From: a bacterium
GTDB taxonomy: Bacteria > SAR324 > JACQKK01
DNA length: 64,000 nucleotides
Reading direction: 5' to 3'
Assembly (NCBI GenBank): GCA_035266845.1
Contig: DATFMP010000103.1
Location: 42,891-106,890, forward strand
The position numbers and the translations under genes were made by a program. Of this stretch, positions 49,109 to 60,236 are shown piece after piece. The notes beneath the pieces were generated by a model, which was not told the DNA's origin, did no database searches, and worked only from the letters and a program-made list of their open reading frames with translations. How positions within the stretch are numbered: position 1 is the first letter of the stretch; each line of letters opens with the position of its first letter.

Positions 49109-49984
49109 CTAGACGGCCTGGGCCTCGGCACCGGCCGAAACGATCTCCCAATGGTCGGTCAGCTCGGCCATCCGCTGCAGCAGCCGATGGTTGAGCTGGT
49201 GGCCGGACTTGACGCCGCGGTACTCGGCCAGGATGGGCGCACCCGCCAGCGAAAGGTCGCCGATGGCATCCAGGATCTTGTGGCGCACGAACTCGTCCCG
49301 GTAGCGCAGCCCGCCCGGATTCAGCACGGCCCCTGCCGGATCAAGCGCCACTGCATTCTCCAGCCCGGCGCCCAGGGCCAAGCCCTTGCGCTGCAGGCTC
49401 TGCAGATCCTCGATGAAGCCGAAGGTGCGGGCCTTGGCCAGTTGCGCCACAAAGGTCTGCGGCGTGAGGAACACCTTGAGGGACTGCGTCTGAATGCCGG
49501 GATTCGGGAAATCGATCAGGAACGAGTAGGTGGGGGCAACGGAGGGGAACAAACCGGCGAACTTATCGCCCGCCTCCACCTGAATCGGGGCGAGCACCTT
49601 GATGTAGCGCCTTGGCGCCGCCTGTACCTTGCGGCCCACCTCCATGATCCGCGCAACGAAGGGCTGGGAGCTGCCGTCCATCGCGGGCATTTCCGGCCCT
49701 TCGGTCTCGATGACGACGTTGTCGATCTCCAGCCCCGCCAGCGCGGCCAAAAGGTGCTCCACGGTACACACCTCCAGGCCCTCGCGGCCGAGGCAGGTGC
49801 TCATGGTCGTGCGCACCACCGATTCGTGCGTGGCGGGGAACTCCACTTGGCGCCCACCGGAGAACAGCCGGAACCACACGCCCGTATCCGGCGGCGCGGG
49901 CAACAGCGAAACCTGGGTCGGCTGACCCGAGTGCAGGCCCATGCCGTAGATGTGGCAGGGGGCGCGTAGTGTGTATTGCTGCAT
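49109..49984 (-). CDS. lpxC: UDP-3-O-acyl-N-acetylglucosamine deacetylase
   Basis: MQQYTLRAPCHIYGMGLHSGQPTQVSLLPAPPDTGVWF, TVEHLLAAL, FVRHKILDAIGDL. Confidence 0.9.
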   Translation of the reverse strand: MQQYTLRAPCHIYGMGLHSGQPTQVSLLPAPPDTGVWFRLFSGGRQVEFPATHESVVRTTMSTCLGREGLEVCTVEHLLAALAGLEIDNVVIETEGPEMPAMDGSSQPFVARIMEVGRKVQAAPRRYIKVLAPIQVEAGDKFAGLFPSVAPTYSFLIDFPNPGIQTQSLKVFLTPQTFVAQLAKARTFGFIEDLQSLQRKGLALGAGLENAVALDPAGAVLNPGGLRYRDEFVRHKILDAIGDLSLAGAPILAEYRGVKSGHQLNHRLLQRMAELTDHWEIVSAGAEAQAV

Positions 49985-50090
49985 GTGAGCCGCTCTCGTC
50001 TCAATCCTTCAGCGCAGCGCCGGGCTGATGAACCACCGGCGCACGATAAGCCGCAATAGCCGTTGGCATTGGATGCCGATGAATGCCATC

Positions 50091-50106
50091 TGCAATTCCG
50101 GTGCCA
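50091..50106 (-). promoter_or_regulatory. sigma-54 (-24/-12) promoter, perfect consensus TGGCAC-N5-TTGCA
   Basis: Reverse complement of 50091-50106 is TGGCACCGGAATTGCA. It sits about 105 nt upstream of the lpxC ATG and in the same orientation. Confidence 0.55.
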
Positions 50107-50248
50107 TCGTGAAGCGGCCAGATTTCAGCGTCTTACAGTGAATTAGCGGCAATATGGGCACGAACTGTAGCGGAATTTCCCACCCATGATCGCCAGGTGT
50201 GTTCGTCACACCACAATGCCCGGTCACCATCAGGCGCACTGACGCCGG

Positions 50249-51052
50249 CTACCAATAGGGGTCGAGCCAGAGGGGCTCCACGAATGTCGCGCTGCCCGCG
50301 TAAGCCGCGGCGGGGCCGAAGGGCTCGTAGGGCACCAGCGCCACGTCGAAGGCGGAGAGGTTCTCCTCCTCGCCCTCCGCAGGGCCCTCCTCTTCATTCA
50401 GCAGGGAGGGCTGGCGGTTGCGCTCCTCGGCCAAGCGCTGCTGGTTGATGGCGGCACCCTGCAGGATCACGTCCTGCAGCACGTCCTCACCGGTGATGAG
50501 GGTGCCGTCCTCGTCCTGATAGCCCAGTTCCTCCATGGCGATCTGCTCACGCACGATCGCCTCCAGCTCGCTGAAGAAGCTGGAGCCGAGGGCCACATCG
50601 AACTTCCAGCCGGGATTCTCGAAGAACTGCCCGCTGGCGAGCATGGATAGGAACACGATGCGATACGGATCCACCCCCTTGAGCTCGGCCGCGGCCACCC
50701 GCAGGTCGGACCAGCGCGGATCGTCCAGGTAGTCGGCCTCGGGTTCGGCGAAGGTGCCCTCGCCCAGGTCCACGCCCGCGAAGATGTCGAAATGCGCCAG
50801 ATACGACTGCTGCTGGTGCAGCAGCCGCTGGTAGGCCCGCCGGCCCAGCGGCGTCGCGCGGTAGTGGTCGTCGTCGCCGATGGACACCAGGTCCTCGGCC
50901 AGCATGAAGTCGAATACGGGCTCGAGGAAGGTGTTGTCGCCCTCCAGCAGGGCGGCGTGGAAGGCTCCCGGCGCGTGGGCCATCCGGTCCAGCAGCGCCA
51001 GCGCCGCGAAGCGCTTGCAGGTGGCCTCGCTCAGGGCAGGGCGGTCGCTCAT
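50249..51052 (-). CDS. hypothetical acidic protein
   Basis: Clean 267-aa ORF with coding-like composition. No motif recognised. Confidence 0.5.
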   Translation of the reverse strand: MSDRPALSEATCKRFAALALLDRMAHAPGAFHAALLEGDNTFLEPVFDFMLAEDLVSIGDDDHYRATPLGRRAYQRLLHQQQSYLAHFDIFAGVDLGEGTFAEPEADYLDDPRWSDLRVAAAELKGVDPYRIVFLSMLASGQFFENPGWKFDVALGSSFFSELEAIVREQIAMEELGYQDEDGTLITGEDVLQDVILQGAAINQQRLAEERNRQPSLLNEEEGPAEGEEENLSAFDVALVPYEPFGPAAAYAGSATFVEPLWLDPYW

Positions 51053-51187
51053 GGGGTCGCGCCTTCAGTGGCAACGGTGCGGATCGAGTTGGATCGGGTG
51101 GGCGAACCGCCGCCCGGGTGTAGCCGGTCTTGCTGCAAGGGCGGTGCCTCGGTAGCTGCCGTGTGCCGCGAAGGCGTACAAAAAAAA

Positions 51188-51219
51188 ACGCCCTCCCCGC
51201 GTTGCCGCGGGAAGGGCGT
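51188..51219 (-). terminator. rho-independent terminator of the porin gene (A/T tracts on both sides, potentially bidirectional)
   Basis: ACGCCCTCCCCGCG-TTGC-CGCGGGAAGGGCGT hairpin. On the minus strand it is followed by a run of T residues (the A-run at 51179-51188). Confidence 0.75.
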
Positions 51220-51286
51220 TTTGTCCATCGTGTCAGGTCGTGTGGCGTCGCAACGTCACAAACCCAACAGCCTTGAACCGCCTTGC

Positions 51287-52288
51287 TTAGAAGGTGGTTT
51301 TGGCGGAAGCCAGCACCAACAGGTCCTTGGTTTCGGCCAGTTTGTCCTGATCTTGGGCAACGCCCAGGATGAATTCCGCTTGCTCCGTGAGAGGCACGGT
51401 GTACGCAAACGCAATCTCGTTCAGGTCCGTCGTCTTGGTACCGGCAGCGTCTTCCTGCGCCTGGGTGTTGTAGTGGAAGCCGATCGCGCCGACTTTACCA
51501 CCCAAGGCCATACCCGTGTACTTGTAGCTATTCGGGTTGTCCTTGTCCTGCACGTACTGGAAGCCGAACTGCATGTTGTCCGCGTGGTAGGCCAGGCCCA
51601 GGTTCACCTCGTTGGCCTTCGGCGTCGCTTTGGTGGTCAGATCCTTGCCGGAAGCAGCCGCATAGTACACAGCCGCAGTGATTCCACCCGCCTTCACCAT
51701 GACGTGGGGGATGATCGTCTGGGCTTGATCCGTCACGCCACCGCAAGCCGGCGCACAGGAACCGATGACCGCGATCCCGTATTCGACACCGCCGGAACCG
51801 GCACGCACGTCCACACCACCCCGGTTCACGAAGAAGAACTGCGGGCTGGCGATCATGTCACCGATGTCGCCTTGGGACGTGAACACACCCAGCGTGGTCT
51901 CGCTGTAGCCCACGAACGAATCGGGAATCCCGAAGCTCTGGCCCATGAACACGATGTCCAGGCTGTCGCTGACTTTCCAGTCCACCTGATGACGCACCGC
52001 AGCGGGCGTCTTGGAGGCGGTACCAGCAGCGTCTTGCTCACCACGCACGCGATAGCGCACCTTGCCGGTGACGTTGCCCACGCCGCCCGTGAAGTTGATC
52101 TCGCCCAAGCTGTCGGCGCGGATGTCCGTCGCACCGTCGCCCGTTTTTGGGGTCGTCTTGTGGATACCAATGCCGGCCCATGCGACGCCGGACACCTTGA
52201 CCTCGGCGTGGCCAGGCTTCGCCATGCCAAAGAGGGCCATGGCCCCCACCGCCAGAGCGATTACGGAGAACCGATACATGCTCCTCAT
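51287..52288 (-). CDS. outer-membrane porin
   Basis: Signal ...ALAVGAMALFGMAKPGHA. Gly/Asp/Thr/Tyr-rich beta pattern. C-terminal ASAKTTF. Confidence 0.7.
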   Translation of the reverse strand: MRSMYRFSVIALAVGAMALFGMAKPGHAEVKVSGVAWAGIGIHKTTPKTGDGATDIRADSLGEINFTGGVGNVTGKVRYRVRGEQDAAGTASKTPAAVRHQVDWKVSDSLDIVFMGQSFGIPDSFVGYSETTLGVFTSQGDIGDMIASPQFFFVNRGGVDVRAGSGGVEYGIAVIGSCAPACGGVTDQAQTIIPHVMVKAGGITAAVYYAAASGKDLTTKATPKANEVNLGLAYHADNMQFGFQYVQDKDNPNSYKYTGMALGGKVGAIGFHYNTQAQEDAAGTKTTDLNEIAFAYTVPLTEQAEFILGVAQDQDKLAETKDLLVLASAKTTF

Positions 52289-52874
52289 CGTGTCTGCTCC
52301 TTAATGGTTATGTTAACCCCCCGTGCGGGGATTCCTGCGCCGTCCTCCAAACAGGCCCTCTGCCTGCCGACGTTAAGTTTAATGCCAGGTGTTATCGTCC
52401 CGATGCCCACCTGAAGCAACTGACCACAGAAACGGATTGCGAGCCGCACCGTTGATGGCTGGAGGCTCACCATGGCGTGGCATCGGTCACTTCGCACCAT
52501 CCCGGTAGCCATGCCGGAGGTTGTCCCCCGACTGACGCCCGAATGCGCTCAGGCCTTGTGTCTCGCCGTTTACCCGTCTTCCAGGGAAGTATTGTTGCCG
52601 TCCCCCTCTCCGTGGGCGACCCGGGCGCCAAGCCCGAACTCGGCGCTCGTGAGCCGCAGCTTCAGCGGCCGTTCGGTTGATCGCTATGAAGCCTATAAGA
52701 CAACAACCCCCATAAAATCAAGCATTTTTTGCACGGGGCATCTCTCAGAGCGCCATTTGGCGCGCCTTTCGAAGCGATGAAAACGGCGGTTTCCTGCCCC
52801 GCGCGACGATGGCAATGCGGCGGGCTAGGCACGACCCCGCCGCGCGCCAGCGCGCACAGGGGGTGGGCCTGCGC

Positions 52875-53210
52875 TCAGTCGCGCTTGCCGAGGGGCCGTT
52901 CCTTGATCGCGCGCGGCGCGGAGTCCAATGGGATGATCTTGGCCTCCGTCTCGCGTGTATCGAGAATTTCGTCGATGCGGACGATGGCGTGGTAGGGAAT
53001 CCACGTGCGGCGGATGCCCTCGAACTCCCGCCGCAGTCGCTCCTCGCCCGGATTGTAGACGAGCTTGGACTCGGGAAAGATGAACTCGCCGATCTCGATC
53101 AAGCCGTAAAGATCCGATGCGGACACGTGTCGGGCACAGACCTGGTAGAGCTCCTGCTCGCTGGTGAAGCTGACACGGTAATAAGTCTGTTCGCGGGATT
53201 TGACGGCCAT
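52875..53210 (-). CDS. DUF1820-like protein
   Basis: YRVSFTSEQELYQVCARHVSASDLYGLIEIGEFIF...IPYHAIVRIDEI matches my recollection of the DUF1820 family pattern. Confidence 0.6.
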   Translation of the reverse strand: MAVKSREQTYYRVSFTSEQELYQVCARHVSASDLYGLIEIGEFIFPESKLVYNPGEERLRREFEGIRRTWIPYHAIVRIDEILDTRETEAKIIPLDSAPRAIKERPLGKRD

Positions 53211-53475
53211 GGCCTCTCGCAGCAGCTCGCGTTGGACGCCGCCGGGAGCGGCGGAATGCGCTTGCAGGCCGGTGTATCGTATCGCTGCGGCGGGTGCAAT
53301 GCCAGCACCGCACCTGGCGGCTCCTGTCGGGCGGTGTGTGGCCCGGCACGGTGCCGGTGCGAGCGGCGGCATTGGAACCGGCCCGGTCATTGAGCTATAC
53401 TACGACCTTGCGGGGACGCGGCGCACCCGGCCCCCTCGCAACGCCCCATCGCCTCCACAGCCAGCGGCGCCTCCT

Positions 53476-55038
53476 ATGCGCAAGGAACCCACCAGTCTGC
53501 TGCCCGGCGAGAGCTTTCTGCCGGAGGGGCTGCACCGCCCACCCAACATCCTGGTGGTGGACGACGATTCCAGCATCCGCAAACTGCTGCACTTCCACCT
53601 GCGTCGTTCGGGCTGCCTGGTCACCACCGTGGAGGACGGGGAGGGCGCTCTGCGCCATGTGGAGCAGGTGGACGGCGTGGACCTGTGCCTGCTGGATCTG
53701 CGGCTATCCGGCCGATCGGGCCTGGACACCCTCAAGGCGCTCAACGCCACGGGCAAGGTGGGCTGCGTGATCGTCATGACGGCATTCGGCACCATGGCCG
53801 ATGCCGTGACCGCGCTGAAGGAGGGTGCCTACGACTTCGTCAACAAGACCCACAGCTTCGACGACGTGCGCATGGCTATCCGCAATGCCCTCCACACCAT
53901 CGGGCTGCGCGAGGAAGTGGAGCAGTTGCGCATGCGCCTGCACGAGGAGTCGGGCGACTTCGGCGAGGTGATCGGCACCAGCCTGCCCTTCCAGCGGGTC
54001 ATGAAGCTGGTGCGCAAGGTGAAGGACAGCAATATCACCGTGCTCATCCAGGGTGAGAGCGGCACGGGCAAGGAACTGATCGCTCGGGCCATCCACTTCG
54101 AGGGGCAATACCGCAAGCGGCCGTTCGTGGCCATCAACTGCGCGGCCATCCCGGAAAATCTGCTCGAGAGCGAGCTGTTCGGTCACGAGAAGGGCGCCTT
54201 CACCGGCGCGGGTGCGCGCCGCATCGGCCGCTTCGAGGAAGCCCACGAGGGCACGCTGTTCCTGGACGAAATCGGTGAGCTGAGCCCAGCCCTTCAGGCC
54301 AAGCTGCTGCGCGTGCTGCAGACGGGCGAGATCCAGCCCATCGGGGGGCAGGTGCGGCACGTCAAGGTGCGCGTCATTTCCGCCACCAACCAGAACCTGC
54401 TGCGGGCCGTGGAGGAAGGGCGCTTCCGGCAGGATCTCTACTACCGTCTGGCCGTGTTCCCCATCGATCTGCCCCCTCTGCGCGAGCGCAAGGACGACAT
54501 CCCCGCGTTGGTGGACCACTTCATCAAGCAGTTCCGCAGCCAGGAGCAGAAGCCCGTGCGCGGCGTGGCGAGCGAGGCGTTGGACCGGCTCATCGCCTGT
54601 CCCTGGTACGGAAACGTGCGCGAGTTGGAGAACGTGATCTACCGGGCCGTGGTGCTGGCCGAGACGCCCATTCTCAGCCTGAAGGACTTTCCGAGCCTGC
54701 CGCCCCCGGCAGAGGAGGCCGTGCAGCACCAGGCGCCTGCCGCGCACGGCGCACCCCCCGCATCCCCAGCGGAAGCGCAGCCGGCCGCCACGGACACCAC
54801 AGCCGCGCCTGCCTCGGCGCCAGCGGCATCCGCGGCCCCCGTGCCACTACCCGAGGCGGTGGAGTCCGCGTCGCCCGGCGCACCCGCACTGCCCACGCTG
54901 GAGCAGGCGGAGGTGCAGGCGATCCGCCACGCCCTGGCCACCACGGGCGGCAACATGTCCCGCGCGGCCGTGCAGCTCAAGATCGGGCGCGCCACGCTGT
55001 ACCGCAAATCCAAGAAATACGGCCTTCTGCGCCCGTGA
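53476..55038 (+). CDS. sigma-54-dependent response regulator (NtrC family)
   Basis: [14 protein letters not shown]...[32 protein letters not shown]. Ala/Pro-rich linker. C-terminal [20 protein letters not shown]. Confidence 0.9.
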   Translation: MRKEPTSLLPGESFLPEGLHRPPNILVVDDDSSIRKLLHFHLRRSGCLVTTVEDGEGALRHVEQVDGVDLCLLDLRLSGRSGLDTLKALNATGKVGCVIVMTAFGTMADAVTALKEGAYDFVNKTHSFDDVRMAIRNALHTIGLREEVEQLRMRLHEESGDFGEVIGTSLPFQRVMKLVRKVKDSNITVLIQGESGTGKELIARAIHFEGQYRKRPFVAINCAAIPENLLESELFGHEKGAFTGAGARRIGRFEEAHEGTLFLDEIGELSPALQAKLLRVLQTGEIQPIGGQVRHVKVRVISATNQNLLRAVEEGRFRQDLYYRLAVFPIDLPPLRERKDDIPALVDHFIKQFRSQEQKPVRGVASEALDRLIACPWYGNVRELENVIYRAVVLAETPILSLKDFPSLPPPAEEAVQHQAPAAHGAPPASPAEAQPAATDTTAAPASAPAASAAPVPLPEAVESASPGAPALPTLEQAEVQAIRHALATTGGNMSRAAVQLKIGRATLYRKSKKYGLLRP

Positions 55039-55454
55039 GCAGGGCCGCCTGGCCAGATCGGGCGTCGTCCCCGCGGCCCGAAAAGCATGACGCAGGTCAT
55101 GGTCAACAGCGATCGGCCGTGATACCCAACGCACAGAACAACGTGGCGGCGCGGGCTGGCGCGCTGGTCAACGCCGCCACCTTTGGGAGTATAATGGGGC
55201 TTGGGTTCCCGATCGGGAACGAACGGACTGCGTTGGTGACTCACGGCGCATCCGCCGCCTCCGGCCCGGAGCGCCCAACCACACCACGACCCCCGATCCG
55301 GCCACCAGGGGCAACTCCCCGAGCGTCGGGCCGGGCGCAGCGCTCTCAGCGCGGCCCAGGATAGCAAACGGCACCCGGCCGCTCGCGCCGCTACCGTGCG
55401 CCGATATCCGCCCGCCGGCCCACCTGACGAGCCGCCCAACGGTAAGGAGAAGCG

Positions 55455-56741
<1,287 letters not shown>

Positions 56742-56992
56742 CTGCACCGCACGCGATTTCTCCAGGCCACCGCGCACCCCGCGCGGTGGCCTGCGGGTCC
56801 GGCCGGTCACCACCCGCCGGGCTGACGTCCGCCGCCGGTGGGCGGGGGCGTCGCAGCGCATTCCCCCTTGCCAACGGGCCCGCAAACGGCCACTCTCTGG
56901 GGGGAAACGCCACTCATCACCTTTTCACGGAACGCCGCGTGGCCCCGGCCCATGCCGCCGGAGGGCACCGCCTGCACCTGATCAAAGCGCCT

Positions 56993-57202
56993 ATGGAGTC
57001 CGCAAAGCCGCCCATCGAGAAGATGACCCTGCACGACCTGGTGAAGGAATGGCGCGCAGAGCTAAGCGCGCTGGAAAACATCGAGCAGGACAACCCCACC
57101 TGGGAGTGGAAGCCGGTGCAGATGCGCCTGGAGAACCTCCACGCCCTGGCTCACGAGCTTCGCCGCAAGAAGGCCCTCGAGCGTGCCAAATGGCAACCCT
57201 GA
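56993..57202 (+). CDS. small hypothetical helical protein
   Basis: 69-aa ORF with coding-like composition (MESAKPPIEKMTLHDLVKEWRAELSALENIEQ...). Confidence 0.35.
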   Translation: MESAKPPIEKMTLHDLVKEWRAELSALENIEQDNPTWEWKPVQMRLENLHALAHELRRKKALERAKWQP

Positions 57203-58058
57203 GGCCCGGCCCGCGCCGGCGCTGACCCTGCCCCGGCAGGACTCCGCGCCGCGCGAAGCCTTTCTGGTGCTGCCGGGCCTGAACCTGCACCCGCACCGGC
57301 TGGATCCCCTCACCGACGTGCTGAACACCGCAGGTGCGGCGGCGATCGCCCCGCGCTTGACGGGCTTTGCCACGCCCGGCGATCCCGCGCTGCGGCGTGT
57401 GCGGGCCGCTGACTGGCTGGCGGACGTGGACGCCGCGTGGCAGAGCGTCCACGCCCGGCTGCCCGATGCCGCCCCGTCGCTGCTGGGCTATTCCCTGGGC
57501 GGCCTGCTGGGGCTGCTGTGGTCGCTGGAGGCCGGCGTGCCGCTGCGGCGGGCGATCCTGCTGGCGCCCGCGCTGCAGTTGCGGCCGCTGCTCCGTGCCG
57601 TGATGGCGGTGGCCGGGGTGCTGCTGCCGGGCCGGCTGTGGCTGCCCAGCCGTGCACCCGCCACCTATCGCTTTCACAGCGGCACCACCGTGGCGGCCTA
57701 CCGCGCGCTGGCCGTGCTGGAGCACCGCCTGGGGGCGCACCTGGACGCGTGGCTGGGCGGAGAGGGCGGGGGCCCGCCCCCGATGCTGATCGCCGCCTCA
57801 GCCGATGACGAGCTGATCTCGCTGATGCCGCTGGGGGCCCTGGCGCAGGCGTTCCCGGAGCGCGTGACCCTGCTGCCGCTCAACCACACGCCGCGGCCGG
57901 GCTTTCCCGCGCACCTGGGGCTGGACGCCACCACACTGGGCGAGACCGAGTGGCAGCGCCTGCTGGGCACCCTGCGCGACTGGCTGCGGCGCACCGATGC
58001 GGACGCAACGGCTGCGGCGGCTGGCACCGCGACCGTGGACGGGGGCGCCTCCGCGTGA
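57183..58058 (+). CDS. alpha/beta hydrolase
   Basis: Nucleophile elbow GYSLGG. GTG start. Confidence 0.65.
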   Translation: MPNGNPEARPAPALTLPRQDSAPREAFLVLPGLNLHPHRLDPLTDVLNTAGAAAIAPRLTGFATPGDPALRRVRAADWLADVDAAWQSVHARLPDAAPSLLGYSLGGLLGLLWSLEAGVPLRRAILLAPALQLRPLLRAVMAVAGVLLPGRLWLPSRAPATYRFHSGTTVAAYRALAVLEHRLGAHLDAWLGGEGGGPPPMLIAASADDELISLMPLGALAQAFPERVTLLPLNHTPRPGFPAHLGLDATTLGETEWQRLLGTLRDWLRRTDADATAAAAGTATVDGGASA

Positions 58059-58408
58059 GCACCCTGCTGGAGGCATTCAACTCCCTGCTCGCCACGGCTA
58101 TCGCCGAGGGCCTCGCCGAACAGGTCGCGCCCGACTCCGTGGAGGTGCGCAGCGTGGTGCTCGATACCGAGGGTGCACGCATCGAGGCCCGTCTGCGCCC
58201 GCCCGCCGGCGAGGGCCCACTGGTGCTGCGGCTGCGCGCGGAGTCTACCCGCGGCGAGCAACAGGCGCTCGTGCTGACCTGCGAGCAGGCCCCCGAGCAT
58301 TGGAATCCCGCGCTGGAGCCCTTCCGCCGCGTACTGGAGCGGGCGCGCCTGCGCCTGGAGCTGGACTTCACCGAGCTGGACGTCACTGAGCCGGACCCTT
58401 CGCCATGA
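58055..58408 (+). CDS. hypothetical protein, paralog A
   Basis: GTGA overlap with the hydrolase stop. Alignable to the next ORF. Confidence 0.4.
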   Translation: MSTLLEAFNSLLATAIAEGLAEQVAPDSVEVRSVVLDTEGARIEARLRPPAGEGPLVLRLRAESTRGEQQALVLTCEQAPEHWNPALEPFRRVLERARLRLELDFTELDVTEPDPSP

Positions 58409-58830
58409 CGCAACCCACCGACACGCCCACGACACCAGGCACCCGGGGTCCACTGCTCGACCTGCTGCAGCGCCTCGCGCGCACGGCGCTGGCCGCCGGC
58501 GCCAGCGCGGGTCCCGTACAGATCGTCGGCGTGGAGTCCGAGCCGGACGGCGCCATCCTGCTGGTGCGCCTGCGCGGCGCCGGCGGACTGCTCGATACCA
58601 CCCTGCGGCTGCGGCTCACCATCCAGTCCGTCGGCGCTGACGTGACCCGCTGTGCGCTCTCCATGCCGCGCCAGGGCGGCCTGGGTCGCCTGCTGGGGGC
58701 CGGCCTGCAGCGCCTTCCGCGACCCATCCTGGAGCAGGTGCTGGGCCGCATCGGCGGCGACGCCGCGAGCCTGGACGGCGATACCCTGGTGCTCGACCAC
58801 AAGGCCCTGGTACGCCGGCTGAAGAAGTAG
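58405..58830 (+). CDS. hypothetical protein, paralog B
   Basis: ATGA overlap with paralog A. Shares the LL-x-x-L...V-x-V-x-x-E-x-DGA-x-x-x-x-RLR pattern. Confidence 0.45.
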   Translation: MTQPTDTPTTPGTRGPLLDLLQRLARTALAAGASAGPVQIVGVESEPDGAILLVRLRGAGGLLDTTLRLRLTIQSVGADVTRCALSMPRQGGLGRLLGAGLQRLPRPILEQVLGRIGGDAASLDGDTLVLDHKALVRRLKK

Positions 58831-58867
58831 CACGGCGCGCCGGTCGCGCCTGCCCAGCGCGAACAGC

Positions 58868-58943
58868 AAAAAGCAAACGTCTCACTTCCCCTGACACGAC
58901 CACCCCGTGTCACCCCGAACGCAGTGAGGGGTCTGCTGTTGCC
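58868..58943. repeat. REP/MITE-like palindromic element, copy 1
   Basis: AAAAAGCAAACGTCTCACTTCCCCTGACACGACCACCCCGTGTCACCCCGAACGCAGTGAGGGGTCTGCTGTTGCC. Confidence 0.7.
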
Positions 58944-58964
58944 AGTGCCCGGGTGCTCGGCGCG

Positions 58965-59040
58965 AAAAAGCAGATGTCTCGCTCCGCTCGACATGACAAA
59001 CGGGTGTTATCCCGAGCGCAGTGAGGGGTCTGCTGTTGCC
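58965..59040. repeat. REP/MITE-like palindromic element, copy 2 (97-nt period)
   Basis: AAAAAGCAGATGTCTCGCTCCGCTCGACATGACAAACGGGTGTTATCCCGAGCGCAGTGAGGGGTCTGCTGTTGCC. The last 30 nt match copy 1 at 29 of 30 positions. The arms form an imperfect hairpin. Confidence 0.7.
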
Positions 59041-59275
59041 GCTGCCCACCGCCACAGCCGATATCCCGTCGTGCTTGCCGTGACAGGCAGGCGGCCCGGT
59101 TGCGGGCGATGTGTCGCTTTCCTGCGCTTGACTTCGCAACTGTCACAAAGTAATAGTACACCGTATCTGTGTGGCGGACGGCAGAGGCCTTGCAGATCCG
59201 TCGGCAGATACCTGCCGCTCCCGCGCAGCGAAGCGCGGGCAGCCCGTGGCCGCATCGCCGTCCCCCGAGGGCGCC

Positions 59276-59644
59276 ATGAACACCACGCCATTCCAGACCG
59301 CAGCGACGACGGACGACACAGGCCTGTGCGGCACGCACCGGCCCGGCAGCTATGCTGAGTTGACGCCGCATGAATTCCACGCCCGCAAGGACCTGGGGGT
59401 GGTCGTGCTCAAAGTGGCTGGCGCCGCCGAGCAGTTCGCCGGCTTCCGCAGCGTGTTCGCGCTGGGCTGCAGCACCGAGATCGACACCGTGCTGGCCAAC
59501 TGGCCGCGCGAGGCGCCGCTGGGGCTGGTCTGCGCGGACGGGCAGTGCAGCAGCCGGCTGGCGATCCGCCTGTCCCGCCGGGGCTACCACGTGTTCCACC
59601 TGGCCGGGGGGCTGCACGAATGGCAGCAGTGCTGCCTGCCGTAG
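59276..59644 (+). CDS. single-domain rhodanese-like protein
   Basis: VCADGQCSSRLA active-site-like loop and HLAGGLHEW ending. Confidence 0.6.
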   Translation: MNTTPFQTAATTDDTGLCGTHRPGSYAELTPHEFHARKDLGVVVLKVAGAAEQFAGFRSVFALGCSTEIDTVLANWPREAPLGLVCADGQCSSRLAIRLSRRGYHVFHLAGGLHEWQQCCLP

Positions 59645-59773
59645 CCGCCTCACACACCGGCGCTTCCACCACCGAATGATCCACGGCACGGGGCCCGTGC
59701 ATCCGCACGAAGGCCACAGATGCCGCACGCCCCGCGCTTGAGCGCAGCGGGGCCATTCCCGTACAATGAAGGT

Positions 59774-60227
59774 AGAGACGGGCGCGCAGGAAGTCCAAAA
59801 CGCGACCGCTGCCCGCCGGCCCGCAAGGGCCGCGTGGGGAGAGGAAAGTCCGGGCTCCACAGAGCAGGGTGCTGGCTAACCGCCAGGGGGGGCGACCCCA
59901 CGGAAAGTGCCACAGAAAATACACCGCCGATGGCGGGCCGTGCCTCACGGCACGGTGCGTACAGGTAAGGGTGAAATGGTGGGGGCCGCGGTCCTGCTGC
60001 GGCCTGAAAGTAAGAGCCCACCGCGGCACCGGCGACGGTGCCGGCAGGGTAAACCCCACCCGGAGCAAGTCCAAGCAGGCGGCGTTTCAAGGTTGCTCGC
60101 CGAGCCGCCGGGTAGGACGCTGGAGCGTGCCGGCAACGGTACGCCTAGATTGATGGCCGCGACGGCGCTTCACCGCGCCGGACAGAACCCGGCTTAATGA
60201 GGACTTCCCGCGCGTCTTCCCGTCTCT
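59774..60227 (+). ncRNA. rnpB: RNase P RNA, bacterial type A
   Basis: GAGGAAAGTCCGGGCTCCACAGAGCAGGGTGCTGGCTAACCGCC, GGAAAGTGCCACAGAAAATACACCGCC, GGTAAGGGTGAAATGGTG, GGTAAACCCCACCCGGAGCAAG, ACAGAACCCGGCTTA. P1/P2 closing pairs AGAGACGGG.CGCGC.GGAAGTCC with GGACTTCC.GCGCG.CCCGTCTCT. Confidence 0.85.
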
Positions 60228-60236
60228 CCTCGCGCG

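Noticed and set aside
52370-52410. Sigma-54-like element upstream of the porin gene (minus strand TGGCAT-TAAAC-TTAAC).
   Set aside because: The -12 element lacks the invariant GC (TTAAC instead of TTGCA), so it is probably a chance match.
52817-52843. GC-rich hairpin GCGGCGGG-N10-CCCGCCGC downstream of the DUF1820 gene, as a possible terminator.
   Set aside because: It is not followed by a T-tract on the relevant strand, so I cannot distinguish it from chance GC-rich pairing.
58868-59040. Possible CRISPR array, given repeated sequence in a non-coding gap.
   Set aside because: There are only two copies, each about 76 nt and internally palindromic, with a spacer of about 21 nt. No cas genes are present. 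This fits a REP/MITE-like element, not CRISPR.
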